This document shows, piece by piece, positions 12,901 to 26,384 of a stretch of DNA of 64,000 nt. The stretch lies in assembly GCF_006345805.1 (NCBI RefSeq), contig NC_042999.1, forward strand, positions 123,504,001 through 123,568,000, given 5' to 3'. Below the pieces are notes generated by a model that was not told the origin of the DNA, did no database searches, and saw only the letters and a list, made by a program, of their open reading frames with translations. Every line of letters starts with the position of its first letter. Position 1 is the stretch's first letter. The translations under genes were made by a program, and so were the position numbers. This stretch comes from Octopus sinensis. Lineage: Eukaryota.

Positions 12901-13357
12901 TTTTTATTAGAATTTTTCATAATTTTTACAAGAACAACTTATTACAACTATATATTTACACAAATAAAAACATGATAGTCAGCTATAGAACAGGTGCGTC
13001 ATTATATAAAAGTGGGAGAATTTTACTTTTAATATCTTTAAATTGCCTCAAGCAAAAGCTGAACAATCATCTAATGTAAGTATATAATTCCAAGTTCCAA
13101 ATATTTCGGCATCCAATAATATGATAGTCTAGTTGAGATATATTTAGCCTGATCTTTCAGCATCTAATAAATAGCATGTTAACCTTGTTCAGATATTAGT
13201 ACTCTAGTCAATAAAGTATCCAACAAGAGAACTGAGAGGGCAAGTCCAATTTTATGTTGCTACAATGAAATTATTTTAATCAGTTCTCACAAGAATTAAT
13301 GCACCTTAAAGGCATCTCAGTTTATTAATACAGGATACTGCATGAAATGAAACTTAC

Positions 13358-13486
13358 TGTTCTCTCTTTTGATGTATTCTGTTTTGGTTTTTTTCTTTTG
13401 TCTTCTTAATATTCTTTACAACTGATTGAGTTAGGTTATAAAAATTATTGGCAGATGGTAGAATTTCTAAGCCCATTTGATCACTC
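13358..13486 (-). CDS. Candidate host exon (129 bp, symmetric phase 2), product unknown
   Basis: ttttatctgcag| ... |GTAAGT splice signals. One open frame: SDQMGLEILPSANNFYNLTQSVVKNIKKTKEKNQNRIHQKRE. No recognisable homology. Confidence 0.3.
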
Positions 13487-15377
13487 CTGCAGATAAAAAC
13501 TATTTTCAAAGACAAGTTCTGTAAAGAATAAGAAAACAAAATGTTAAAGAATATAACGAGCAAAAAGATTGAATGAAAATGTAATAAAGCTAATAATAGT
13601 TCATTGTCATATTTTTTAAAATTCCATAAAAGTTTCATTAGCCAAAGGAATATCAAACTATAATTTTTCAAGTTTAGTATAATTCTGAATGCAGATATTT
13701 GTTTCCTGTTGGATTAATATAAAGTATTATTAAAGGAATGCATGATGTTCAAACAACTGCATAAACCATTATCCCTGTTTCCAGAATATCTTAGTGAGCA
13801 TCTGTCAGTATGCATGAGTCATATCTAAAATATATCAAACTTCAAGAGATATAAAGCATCGTATTACCAAGATATCATTTGGTTCTTTTTTTTTGTTTTT
13901 TTAAATTAATTTTAGTCATGAAATAAGGAATTCAAAATTTTAATTAGATTAGTTATGATAATTAGATACTCAGTTGGAAACAAAGATTAGAACTGAAGCC
14001 ATTGAAGGAAGCCTTGTGGCTAAGTATTATTAATATAATGAAGGAATCTCTTCCAACGGAATCTTATTGACAACCTTATTAGAAGAAAGAAGGTTAAGAG
14101 AGTAAACTGAGAAAGCAAGTTAAAGAAAGAAAGAAAAGATCATAGAAAAGAAAAAAAACAATAAAGAATGGATGACTGTTCTCTATTATTCATCAGAAAC
14201 ATCTGAAATTCCCTTTTATATTAAAAGCACTAAACTAGAATTAGATTCTAAATTGCTAAAATCTGAAGGAAACTGGGGCTTAACAAAAATCTGTAAAGAA
14301 CCAGGGTCTCAGATTGGATGATCAACTTTGAACTCAATATCTATTAATTAATGAGAGCTGAATTTACATCTGGATAGGTAAGCAGTTTTCACAGACAACA
14401 TTCACTGGAGGAACTAGTCTTCATCGCTAATTAAACTGAGGAATGCAGAAATATAATAAAACGTCTACAGCAGATGTGAGCTCATAACCTATAAAATGGT
14501 TGTCCATTTTTACTTCAATCAAGCAATTATTATTGCACAGAATTTAATAATTTTGTTTCAATAAAAATAAATTTGCTCTGTTGGAACATTTCAATTTGAA
14601 AATGAAATATAATTTTACACATATTATTGCTTGTAACAGTCACAAAAGAAATTGTGTCTATAATTTGATGTGATCTTTGGGTTAAAGATAAAAAAAAAAC
14701 TAGAATTGAAGACCTGAGTAATCATTTTTGAAGCTGACTTGGAATAAAAATGAAATTTTTGACTTAAAAAAATAGAATAAAAATATCATAAAAATAAATA
14801 AAAGAGGAAACAATATGGAAATAGATAACAAGAAGTTACATTGTGTTTATGGAAGAAATTCTTTGTTGGTAATACGAAAAATTATAAATTTTTAGTTTAA
14901 TCTTGTGAAGTGAGTATTCTATAAAGTGCAATGAGGAAGTACTTTTTACATTATATATGACAAGTAGAGAAATGCTGTGTTGGAACAGACTCATCTAACC
15001 CATACCAGCATAGAAAACTGGTTGTAAAAACAATGATGATGGTGATTTATTTACTTGGAGGAGGAATTTTTGCTCCTTTGCCACTTTTAGGCCTTCTTAG
15101 ACAGATGAGTTTGATGCAGTTTCTTTTTTAAACTTTTAGTCTGGAAAGAAGGTAGCACTTATGATCTCTTATAGGGTTTCTGAGACTGATGGGAAGGAAT
15201 AAGGTAACCTCAAACTGGAGAGTCCCGATCAAGGGTCTGCAACAGGGTGGATGATACTACTAAAAGTATCCCATGTGCCAGGTTTTGGTGTGGAATCAGG
15301 TGATAAAATTAAGTACTCCACACTAAGTGAACAACCCAATTGTGCTCAGCTTTAACATCCATTGGTTGATACTTTAA

Positions 15378-15595
15378 TCCTTTAAAATTTAAATTGTCCA
15401 TATCCGGCCCAACATTTTCTACCTGCTTTATGTTCAAACTGGTCAGATCTGGCTTCTCACACCTACCAAACAATGCCTTTAATAAAGAAATATAATCATC
15501 ATTGAAATCCCAAAGCTACATGATAATACATAATTAAATGACAACTGTGAATAAATAAGCATTACATTTGACAGAGTAATCTGAATGCTAAAGGG
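15378..15595. mobile_element. piggyBac-like MITE (decayed)
   Basis: TTAA-(T)CCTTT left end and ..aatgctaaaGGG-TTTA right end. The same right end occurs at 7130-7212. Confidence 0.5.
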
Positions 15596-16499
15596 TTTAG
15601 GAAGAACTAAGGAAGTGAAAGGATTTAAAGAGGTAAGTCAAGGATGTTTGTGCATTTAAGTACCATCTCACGTATTTGATTAATAAATGTTGGTTGCACT
15701 TGATCATTGAAGGTCAGCAACTTATCACAGTAGAAGTACTTTCTTATTCTGTAGAAGCTTAGTCTTTGACCATGTGAGATATTCAAAGATTACAAGGCTG
15801 AACATTTGTAGTTACCTTAAAGAAATGGTTCATGTTGTTCAACCCAAAGTCATCTCTGATGGAATAGACATTTGATCAAAATTATTCTACCTGTAACTTT
15901 CCCATATTTTATTCAGATAGAGTGTATCTTGGACCACATTATCAAATATAACAACATCTTTAAGATGAGGGGATGTGATATGAAGGAGATTTTAGCTGTT
16001 ATATTTAGTATGTTAAGTACTCTCCTTGAAACTCCTTCATTGGCTTGCATTTCCAGTGCAAATGATAACAGACTACTCTTGATATAAAGCAGATTTATAT
16101 AACCTTTGCTATATCATGATGCAATATAGCAATGAATAGAGAAGACTTAATAATAAAACACTTAAAAGAAATGAGAATTTGTGGAGACAAGTTAAAAATT
16201 ATAATTTAGTTGAAAGAGTATTTATGTATCAAATACTTCAACTAAAAAAAAAAAAGCTGCACTGGAATTATTATATAGAATGAATGGGGTTAATAAATTC
16301 CATAAGCTGGAAGTATGAATAGGTTTTAAAAGAGAAACCAGGATATCAATTGTCAAAGAACAAGGAGTCCTAAACTACTCAGTTTTTGCCTTGTAAATTA
16401 TAGTTGAGAAAAAGTAACAAGATAATTCTCTGGTGAACTCTAACTTATACATTGTTTTCCTTATTTTGATTATATAAAAGATATATTTTATCCCTTTTA

Positions 16500-16665
16500 C
16501 AAGGTGGTGAGCTGGCAGAATTGTTAGCATGCCAGGCAAATTGCTTAGTGGCATTTCATCCATCTTTATGTTCTGAGTTCAAATTCTGCTGAGGTTGACT
16601 TTGCCTTTCATATAAGTGACTAGTCCCTTCCCCCAAAATTTGAGGCCTTGTGACTTTAATAGAAA
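16500..16665 (+). mobile_element. tRNA-derived SINE family B (second fragment at 19215-19350)
   Basis: ggtggtgagctggcagaattgttagc..ctgagttcaaattc..gaggttgactttgcctttcat..cccttcccccaaaattt. Confidence 0.7.
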
Positions 16666-16779
16666 AGATTTTTCTCACTTTTACTGCAAGATACTAGTTT
16701 CTATCCCCTCTGTCATACTCTGATCTATAATCATCAGACATAAAATTGCCCCTCACAATACTACTCCCACCTCAGTTAA

Positions 16780-17010
16780 GAAGTCTTGTCTTGCAAGTTA
16801 TTTGGTGATCTTGCTGGTGCTGGGGTTATGTACAAAGCGCCCAGTATAGTCTGTAAAGTAGTTGGCATTAGGAAGGGTACCCAGCCATAGAAACTATGCC
16901 AAAGCTGAAAGTACAGCTTGTCATAGTCCTCTGATTCATTACCACCTGTCAAACCATCCAACCCACGCCAGCATGGAAGACAGATATTAAAACAATTAGG
17001 ATGAGGAAGA
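16780..17010 (+). mobile_element. RTE-tail repeat fragment
   Basis: gttggcattaggaagggtacccagcc.tagaaac..ccatccaacccacgccagcatggaa. Confidence 0.65.
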
Positions 17011-18749
17011 TCCATCATCTTGATTATAATTTTTTGTATAACAGTTAATAATAGTGTTGCTACATTAGACATTACTTTGTTATACTTAGTGTACTTAAAA
17101 TAATTGACTACACAAACTATTATCATAATGATATCCAAATCTGATGCAGCAACTTTTCTTGCCTTTTAATGCAGCAAATTTTTCCTTGCTTACATGACCA
17201 TAATTTCATAACCACATTTATACTGATCCACTACAGCTTACCAATTTGTTGGTTATTGGTTCAATTAAAAGTCAGCTTTCAATACACAATTTAATCATAT
17301 TTCTAAATTCGCAACATCTCATGCCTATTCATTTCTCTATTACTGTAGCTAAGTGTGCTTGAATTATCGCAAACACACCTCTCACCTAATTATATCTTCA
17401 TTCAAATAAATACATTGTCTTGCAATTTGAATCCTTCAAAATTGATTTTGCCCTTGAACAAAACAAATCGAATTTAAGTGTTAAAATTTCAGAGATTTTT
17501 GGTTTATATCAAAGGCAGCTTTTACATCTCAATGCTGCAGTCATTGCATTTATTGTTTAAGTCGAAAATTGGAATGAAAGTATGAGAGAATAGATAGAAA
17601 GAACAGGAAAGAGTGTAACAGGAAAAAGTTCAATTCTAGTAGAGACTTTACTGTTATTTTCATTATCTATCAAGTAAATGCACTAATATACCTTTTAAGT
17701 CATATGCCAACTAAAGTGTTACTCACCACAAAATTTTTGTGTCAGTGTGTGGGAAGTGAGAGGTAAATTAAAGCTTTTTCTTGTTAGCACATAAAATATA
17801 TTTTTCTACTAGGAAGTTAATTCCATCCAAGCTCAGTTGGTTTAGTTAGAGTAAAGTGAAGAATTGCTTGTTTATGAACCTCAGGAAGATCCTTTAGAAT
17901 GTAAATACACACATGCTCATACACACACACACAACCTTATGGAATTTATCAACTGCATTTATTTTATATATACACATGTATATTATCATTTTTGGAATGT
18001 AACAATACTTGTATCCTACCTATCTCTTATACACACTAACATCTATTTGTATGTGTGTGTGTGTGTGTGTTTGTATATATATCTATATGGAAATGCAAAA
18101 CACAAAACAAGAATACAAGAGATGTTCATTGTCAATATTATTAGTTTGACACCCAAAGAAAAAAGAAAAGAGTAAATGGTACTATGTCTTGAACACAGTT
18201 CTTCCAGTGCTAGAGAAAAGTCAAGGAGAAACTCAGAAGTGTAGCAAGAGAAGGAGATAAAGAAAGAAAAGTGTCAGGAAAAACCCCAGTAGGAATCAGC
18301 TTACATGTTCAACCTATATGTGCATGCATGTGTGTGTGTGTGTGTGTGCATGTACATGTGTGTGTCTGCTTGTGAGTGTGTATACACATGTCCACATATA
18401 CATGCACAGCTCCCATTCTCTTTAACAGAAAACGATTTTAGCATTGACGAGCACAATATATAAAATTCTTTCAAATAATGGTTTCTTACATAAGCACAGA
18501 ACCAGAAATATTCAGGGAAGTAAAACTAATTCAAAAATTACAATGCTCATGACTTATTCAACAACATTAACAATGTAAAAGAATGGAATTAGTTCTCAGT
18601 GGGAATTGAAATTAGACAAAACTTTCCACCCAACTAGTGTCTACATAAAGTACACTGAAATTCAGATGTCAAAAGGCATATTGAACACAGGATATAGTTC
18701 CAGAATAAATATTTTGCTTCTGTTATGAGTACACCATTTTCACTCAGTA

Positions 18750-19050
18750 CGTAAAAAGCACCATCTGAACATGGCCAATGCCAGCACCGCCTTGACTGGC
18801 TTCCGTGCCAGTGGCACGTAAAAAGCACCAACCGATCATGGCCATTACCAGCCTCGCCTGGCACCTGTAACAGTGACACATAAAAAGCACCCACTACATT
18901 CATGGAGTGGTTGGCGTTAGGAGGGGCATCCAGCTGTAGAAACACTGCCAGATCAGACTGGAGCCTGGTGCTGCCTCCTGGTTTCCCAGACCCTGGTTGC
19001 ACCGTCCAACCCATGCTAGCATGGAAAACAGACGTTAAACGATGATGATG
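18750..19050 (+). mobile_element. RTE-tail repeat with (GAT)n tail
   Basis: Same 3' end as 4800-4990. Confidence 0.75.
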
Positions 19051-19399
19051 ATAAAAATCAAAGAAATTATGATCTATGAATGGTTAAGATGTTTTTTTCA
19101 GTTTTACTGCATATTTATCTTTGAGGGGTTTTTTTTTAAGTAGTTTGATCTGGAGAAAGGGATTGTTTTCATAGCCTTCTCAGGCTCTTCAAAACCAATG
19201 AGATTGATTATACCATTTGGTATTTGTTATAGCACTTAGCATTCTGAGTTCAAATCCTAATAAGGTCAACATTGCCTTTCATCCTTCACAGGTTGATATA
19301 CTTGACTGTTCCCTTTCCCCAAAGTTTTGACCTTGTGTCTACATGAAAAAAAAAATCAATGTTCTTGAACCAATGCAAGTTGATAGTTACCAGAAAGAA

Positions 19400-19990
19400 T
19401 AGGAGTAGGGAGGGTATTCTAGAGATGTGATGTTCTATGGAGATGGAAGAATTGGATTTAGTAGTTTGTGCAGGAATTTGAGAGGAGTAGATACAATATG
19501 AATGAGAAGAGGAGAAACAAGTGAGCTATGAGGAACTGAGTGAAGGTGACAGTGATATAAGAACAACCAGCTCCAAAGAGCCGTGGTCAAAGTAGTAGTG
19601 ATAGGTAGAATGAAAAAGCAGCACACCTGTAGGCCAGAGTTTAGAGAGTGTTAATGAATTACTTCATGCCCATCGACATTAGGTGACCTCCCTCCCACTT
19701 TTGTCTTTGATGTTATCTAAAATATCTATATGAAAAGGAGCAACCCTATCCCAAATATGAGAGAAGTATTCCCTTGTAAGTTTCCTTAAGATTTGAAGGG
19801 TTGGTGGTTGATGTGGATGGTGGGAAAGATGTTCAGACTCTGAAGAAGGTCAGCTTTGTGATGAAACCTTTGCTAAGTAGAGGATGTGTAATTGCCAGGA
19901 AAGTTCTTCAGTGAAAGAGAGACCTAATATTTGTGGTGAATTTGAGGGTTCTGGTGGCATACTGTTTACATTTAGAACAGGAATATGATA
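19400..19990 (-). pseudogene. Decayed CR1-group LINE 3' fragment
   Basis: Minus-strand translation includes EYFSHIWD..ILDNIKDK and YYFDHGSLEL, the CR1 ORF2 C-terminal pattern. Confidence 0.45.
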
Positions 19991-20528
19991 TTGTTTTTAT
20001 TGTGTGTAGTTATGTCTTTGTGTTATTGAAAGGAACAAGATTGGCACAGTTACTTTGTAGAATGTTTTCAAAGACTATAATCAATAAGTTAAAGCAGGTT
20101 TAGCGTAAGATAGCTGTGAATAATGCTTGAATGCATAAAGTCTGAGAGGAACAAAAGATGGTACTATGTGTATAGAAATGGATATGTTTGAATTTAATCC
20201 CCCTATGACTTTTATTGAGTATTATGACTTTTATTGAGTATCTTGACTTTTATTAGGTAGTTCAGCTTTTATTGGTTACTACTTTGGAAGATGTAAGCAA
20301 TTTCCCTCAACTAAATTTTAATCACTGTATTTGGTTGGTTACTGCTACTAGATTATTAAAAGAACAAATGAAGACAAGGAATTTAGTATCAGGATTAAAA
20401 AAAAAAAGGCTAGACTTACTACCCAGCGTTGCCAGGTAAAGTATTCATGGAATTGTTTGTCAGTTTGTAGAATAGGAATTCATGGACTTATTTAATTGGA
20501 ACTGTCCAAACAATAGTAATCAATTTAA

Positions 20529-21280
20529 TGTCTGAAGAAAATTGTGAGTATGAATACATTGTCTGAAGAAAATTGTGAGTATGAATACATTGTCTGAAAG
20601 GATATTGATAATGTTTTCTGTAATAAAGAATAGAGACAACTTTACCTCTTGGTTATTTAAAGGGGAACGTTTCTGGTAGATCTATGTCAGTGTGTGTGTA
20701 GGTCAAAAAGACGTTTTTTTTTTTTCCTGAGGGAGTGATAGAGAGAGAGAGAGAGAGAGAGCGCAAAGACTGTATGTGCATATATATCACAGATATCATA
20801 CGTGTGTTTGTGTTAATAGAGTTCTAGTATTATTAAGATGAATACATTGTCTGAAAGGATATTAATAATTATGGAGATGTACTTGCATAGCAAGTGACTT
20901 GATCTGAGATCATGCACTGAACAAAAACAATTCAGCGTGGAAGATGTTTGTAAGCCATTTAAGAACACACTAAAACCCTTAGTTTCACTTCAACATTTAA
21001 ATTTAGTTTGTGTCAAAATATTTTCGTCACTTTGAAACCACAACCTGTTAACTGGCAAAACTTCGTGAGCGACGAAAATATTCTGACACAAATTAAATTT
21101 AAATGTTGAAGTGAAACTAAGGGTTTTTGTGTGTTCTTAAATGGTTTACAAACATATTCCACGCTACAGTTCATATTGATAAATGTTTTCTGCAATAAAG
21201 AATAGAAACAACCTATGTCAGTGTGTGTACGTCAAAAAGTCGATGTTTTTCTTTTTCTTAGAGAGTGATAGAGAGAGAGA
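20529..21280 (+). repeat. Local tandem duplication: 31-bp doublet plus ~260-bp unit containing a (GA)n tract
   Basis: tgtctgaagaaaattgtgagtatgaatacat twice (20529-20590). Unit 20581-20838 recurs from 20839, interrupted by a hairpin element and by the Tx1 element. Confidence 0.75.
20870..21170. mobile_element. Tail+hairpin non-autonomous element (~97-bp inverted arms 20934-21031 / 21069-21165)
   Basis: Arms are reverse complements; ~64-bp extension on one side only. Confidence 0.75.
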
Positions 21281-21529
21281 TATTTCTTTATTATGATTAT
21301 AAAAATCGATTACACAGAAGGACAAATACAGGACATACATACAAAAAAACATTTAAGAGATTCGATTAAAAATTTTCATTTACATTTGGATTATTCATTA
21401 TAACATAAATGTCCTTTACATGACCAGTAGAACAAACAACAGTACATGAACTTATAATCTCACTGGAGTTTTTACACCCCGGCAATTTATGAGGCCCCGC
21501 AGCTTTTATTTCCTCTCCTTCCTCCATGG

Positions 21530-24500
21530 TCAAGCTGGGTTTCTGACACCCACCTTTTTTTCCACTTCCTTCCATCTTTTCTCATACACACCCCGTGGTA
21601 AGATCCTCTTTTCCAGCCCCATTTTGCTCTTCAGATGATATCTGAAGTAAGTGAGCAAGCCGGGGCCGGAGACAAAGGATCCTATCGCGGCTCCTTCCAT
21701 TCTTGTTCTCCACATACATTCTTTTACTACTGCAACCGTGCAGTGAAAACATGCCTCACCTTCCTTCGAGAGTCCAGTTGGCGGTATCATCTTAATCATA
21801 GACTCAGCCGACAGCTGTACTCGCCCCAGATGCGATAACACGTGTTCTGCGTAACTTATCAAGTCGGACAACTTCCGACAGTGAACAAAAGCGTGCTGGA
21901 CGGTTTCATCGTCCAACTCGCACCTTGGACACGTCGGTGGCACTGAAACTCCGTGCCGCGATAACTTCTCGCGAACAGGTAAAGCATTCCTATAGCACTG
22001 CCAGGCCAGGGATCTTTGGAAATTATCCAAATACCCCGACCTGAAAGTTTTTTTAAACAGGTTGGTAAGCTGGTCTTCGTCAAACCCCAGAGCCCCTCCT
22101 AGGACGTCGTCGGTTTTTGCCTCTACCAGCTTTCTATAAAATACCGAGGTGGTATTTCCGCAGCCGGCCTTGCCCGCCTTGTGGATCAGCGTGAGTGCCT
22201 GTCGGCACTCCTTTTGTCATGGAGTCAGTTTCCATCTTTTGATGTAACCGGGTTTAAAATTCACTAAGGAGGCCGGTCTCGGGAAAAATCCCCCTGCCAG
22301 CGGACTCCACACCTTATCACCTTCCAGGTGGTGCCAGAGATGCCTTAGCCTCAACACATGTCTGCGCATCATCAACCAAGGCATTCCTAACCCACCCTTT
22401 AACGGTTCCTGGCAGCAAACGGAGCGCCTCACAAGTGGCTTTCCTCCTTTCCACAAAAAGCGGAAAAGGATTCGCTCCAACTTGTTAAGCCATGAATCGG
22501 GGCAAGGGACAACGGTCAGGCGGTAGGTGATTACAGATGCAATGAACATCTGCACCACCTCCGCCTTTCCTTTCAAGGACAGAAACCTTCCGGACCAGGT
22601 CCGTACTATGGCCTCCACCTTGCTTGTCACCTCACTCCAGTTCTTCTCCGTTTGGGAGTCTGGCCCAAACCAAACTCCCAGCAACTTAACAGGGCCATCC
22701 GTCCAGTGTCCCACGACACTGGACGATATCGACTTGCTCCTCCAGGTGCCGAGGCGCAAGCCAACCGATTTGTCCTTGTTAACCTATGCTCCTGCCACCG
22801 CCTCGTATCCTCTGATAGCCTCCTCTACACAAGGTAGTTGGGCCTCTTTGGACACGATGAGGGTGACGTCATCCGCATAAGCAGTAACCGTCCTCCCACC
22901 TCCGATTTCATCCGAGTTACTCCCCAGCCTCTCCAACTTTCGCAGCAATGGCTCAAGAGCCAATACGTACAGAAGTGGTGACAAGGGGCACCCCTGACGC
23001 ACTGAACACTCGATCGAAAACGGTTCCGTTAGGTAACCGTTTATCTGGACGGTGGACTTGATGCCGCTATACATAGCGGAGATCCACCCGCGAAATTCAG
23101 GGCCCAGCCCAGCCGCTTCGAGGACCGTCGCCAGGTACCCATGGTCTACCCTATCGAAGGCTTTACTTTGGTCTAAATGGACCATTACCCCGCCTTTGCC
23201 GGCTAATTTACCCACCCTATCTAAGGTGTAGCGTATAAGGTGAAGGTTGTCCTGGATCGACCTGCCTGGAATTGCACATGTCTGTGCTCTCCCTACAAGT
23301 TTCTCCACGACAACCGTCAACCTTTTTGCCAACACCTTGGCCAAAATCTTTAACTCTACATTAAGTAGAGTTATGGGCCTGTAGTTACTAATGTTATCCC
23401 CCTTGCTCGGGTCTTTCTGGATTAGCGTCACCACTCCCCGGCTTACAGAACTGGGAATTCTCCCATTCTGCTGCCAGTTCGTGTAGACGCCCGCCAGTAT
23501 TCCCCCGAACAAGTCCGGCATACTTTGGTAAAACTCGTAGGGCAGACCATCCAACCCCGGCGACTTCTCCCCGGCGCATCCGGCCAGTATCTCCTTTATC
23601 TCCGCGGGAGTGATCGCTCCTTCACAGCACTCCACCTCACGCCCCGCGAGCCGCGGTCCGCCGGCTAGGAAGTCCTTTAAGGCTCTCCCCCGATCCAGCG
23701 AACCACCACCCCCGAACACGCGGGCGAAATGCTGGTGAAGAAACTTTTGCATCTCCTCCTGTCCATAGATCTTTTGTCCCTGTTCGTCAGTTAAAGATTT
23801 GATTGAGGCTCTGTTGCCTCTCTGACTCTCCACACGACGGGCCCATCCGGCCACGTTAATACCTTCTCGTTTCCCAGCGCGTAGCTTAGCTCTGACTCTG
23901 CAACCTTCGTGTTTGGAGTTAAGGTGACGGTACAATACTGTCCTTGCCGCCAACACTCCGGATGCAGAGCCAGCTTCCATTGCCTCGTCTAGATTCTTAA
24001 CTAAATCGCCCTCTAGACTAGCCCTATCTATCCTTAGCTGATTGCTAAATCTAACGGACTCTGAACGAATGGCTCTTTTGAGGGCGTGCCACCATCTATT
24101 GTTAATGATGGTGCCACACAATGCCCTCTGAACTAACACCTTAATCCGGGTACGGAAGTCTTCACAATTCAAAATAGCCTTGTTCAGCTTCCAGTACCCG
24201 GGTCCCTGTCTATGACACTTGTCTAATTGCATCCTACCCGTCACAAATTTGTGATCCGAGTAAGGTACAATATGAAATTGTGGACAACTAAACGTATCCT
24301 TATCTCTTTTCTTAATAAATATCCTATCTAGATACGATCTGTGTGAGCCGTCGTTGTTACTCCACGTCCACTGTGGAATGCTCGGCTCATCCAGTCGGTA
24401 ACGGTCCACTAGATCAAAGCTCTCTAGTAGACCCTTGAGGCTAGGGTTCCCCTTCCTATTGGTTGAGCCAACATTGTCGATCTGCGCTTCAAGGACAGTG

Positions 24501-24919
24501 TTAAAGTCCCCTACTAGGATTACTGTTTTCGACGTCGCTAAAAAGGGCTCCAGGTTCCGAAAAAAACCCGTCTGTCTACCCTCGTTCGGGGCGTAGACAG
24601 CTACCAACCTGAAGGACTGTTTACTTACGTGAGTCACATCCAGGACAACCAGCCTGCCTTCTGGGTCCAGAAAGACAGTACTTACCTGCAAGTCCAAGCT
24701 CTTCCTGATGAAGACTGCCACGCCTCTGCCTCCTCCTCGGCTAGGAGAAATAAATTTCTCGAAACCATTTAGAAGAGGCGAGAACGCTTGGGTCTCGCTC
24801 ATCTTGGACTCGGTTGCAATAGCTATATCTACACCATGTGTCGTGAGGTCGTTCAGGAAACTAATTTGTTTCCGTTTCGACCCCATTCCACGTACATTTA
24901 TACAACCCAGCTTAGCCAT
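21530..24919 (-). pseudogene. Tx1 ORF2: APE endonuclease - RT - CCHC, ~1129 codons in one frame with two nonsense codons
   Basis: INVRG, TESK, VYAPN, GDFN, SYLDRI, SDH (APE); KSPGLDGLP, YRPITLLN, LDQSKAFDRVDH, QGCPLSP, YADD (RT); CPRC..ETVQHAFVHC. TAG at 22784-22786 and TGA at 22217-22219; copy 2 has TGG at the latter. Confidence 0.93.
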
Positions 24920-24947
24920 TGTAGGTGAGAGAGAAAAATAAATGTAC

Positions 24948-26384
24948 TCACGGTTGGGAAAGGGAGCATGACAGTTTAAATCTGCCTGCTTCCCCTTCTT
25001 CCTCCCTTGTAGTTGCTGCTGCAGGGCTCTTGACCGGCGTTGCCACCGGGCTCTGGGTGGGTGTGGTTGCCGGGGTTATTACAAGTTTGCCCTCCATTAC
25101 CTCTTTGGTCACGTCTCTGATCAGTCGGTTCCTCAGATGTTCCTGAAGAACCTCCTCCTTCCACTCGTCCTCCCCTACCTTCGCGAAGCGAGCGGTTGCT
25201 TTCACATCTGTGGCCCTACTATACAACACAAATCTTGAAAATTTACAACACTTATACACTCTTTCGTTTTTCTCATCGAAAGCAATGATCCTCTCATTCC
25301 TCTGTAAACACTTTTTTACGTCTTGTTTTATGGGGAGGGGCTTGGCAAACTGTTTCCCAATGAAAACAGTGCCATGGGGGTAGGGTTGGGGGATTTGCTT
25401 GGTGTGTGTGTCTGCTGTGCTTGCTGTTTTTTTCTTTGTTTGGGGAGGGGAGTCCTGGGTGTTGTCTTTTTTTCTTTTATGTGTGACTTGAGTGTAGTCC
25501 ATTGGTTCGGTACAGTCCGTTTTTGTTTCAATGCTTGTCTTCGTCTTTTTGTTATCTTTTTCTGTCTTTTCCCCTTCAGTGTTGGGGACACTTTGAGGAG
25601 GCGCTTCATCTGTTCTCTTCTTTTTTATACAATTCGATCGGACGTGACCCTTCTCTCCACACTTAAAACATCTGGGTCTACGTCCCTCTACTGAAACTCT
25701 CATTGACGTACCGTCTTCATTGAAGATTCTATCGGGCAGGTTTTCTAAAATTTTGTTCTCCGCCTGCACGAGGAGTTCCAGGGTCTGTCCCTTCCATCGT
25801 ACCACCTCTTTCTTTCTCATCTGCAGTATCGATATCTCCCGTTCAATATTGTGCAGGACCGCTGCTGCTACCCACATAATGTCGTACCCTCTGGGTATGT
25901 CCTCAACCAGCAGTTTTGCTGTACGTTTCCCCATGTACGAGGGTAGCAGCATGATGTCGTCGTTTTTCAGGGTCAACGACGACACCTCTCTCGCTACCTC
26001 GGCTGTGTCAAAATGTGCCTCAACCGTAGCACTGCGCGCACCTCGGGCGACATGACGAATTTTGTCCCACACCGGGGACAGGCACTTTTCGACCATTTCA
26101 TTCTTTACATCCATTATTTTCTTCTCTTTGAAGCTGTATACTTTGTAAATAACTATTCTCTCCTTAATCTCTTGTACCTTTGCCTGCGGCGGTACAAGCC
26201 TTATTTCGCCTCCTTCCACCTTTACCAGGTTCCTGAATTTGTACAATTGTTCGATTTTGAACTCCACATCCATCATGGCACCGCCCACCGCGGCCGAAAA
26301 TGACTGTTTGGGTACTTCTGTCTCCCTTGTTTCACTCCTTCCCATCACAGGAAAATCATCCTTCGACGCCAAGTCGAACTCCAT
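24948..26384 (-). CDS. Tx1 ORF1 (gag-like, CCHC zinc knuckle), 478 aa, intact
   Basis: RPRCFKCGEKGHVRSNC knuckle; stop lies 28 nt upstream of the ORF2 ATG. Confidence 0.9.
   Translation of the reverse strand: MEFDLASKDDFPVMGRSETRETEVPKQSFSAAVGGAMMDVEFKIEQLYKFRNLVKVEGGEIRLVPPQAKVQEIKERIVIYKVYSFKEKKIMDVKNEMVEKCLSPVWDKIRHVARGARSATVEAHFDTAEVAREVSSLTLKNDDIMLLPSYMGKRTAKLLVEDIPRGYDIMWVAAAVLHNIEREISILQMRKKEVVRWKGQTLELLVQAENKILENLPDRIFNEDGTSMRVSVEGRRPRCFKCGEKGHVRSNCIKKKRTDEAPPQSVPNTEGEKTEKDNKKTKTSIETKTDCTEPMDYTQVTHKRKKDNTQDSPPQTKKKTASTADTHTKQIPQPYPHGTVFIGKQFAKPLPIKQDVKKCLQRNERIIAFDEKNERVYKCCKFSRFVLYSRATDVKATARFAKVGEDEWKEEVLQEHLRNRLIRDVTKEVMEGKLVITPATTPTQSPVATPVKSPAAATTREEEGEAGRFKLSCSLSQP

Noticed and set aside
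21005-21062. GAC-GAAA-ATATT stem pattern in the hairpin element
   Set aside because: No CUGANGA-like core on either arm.
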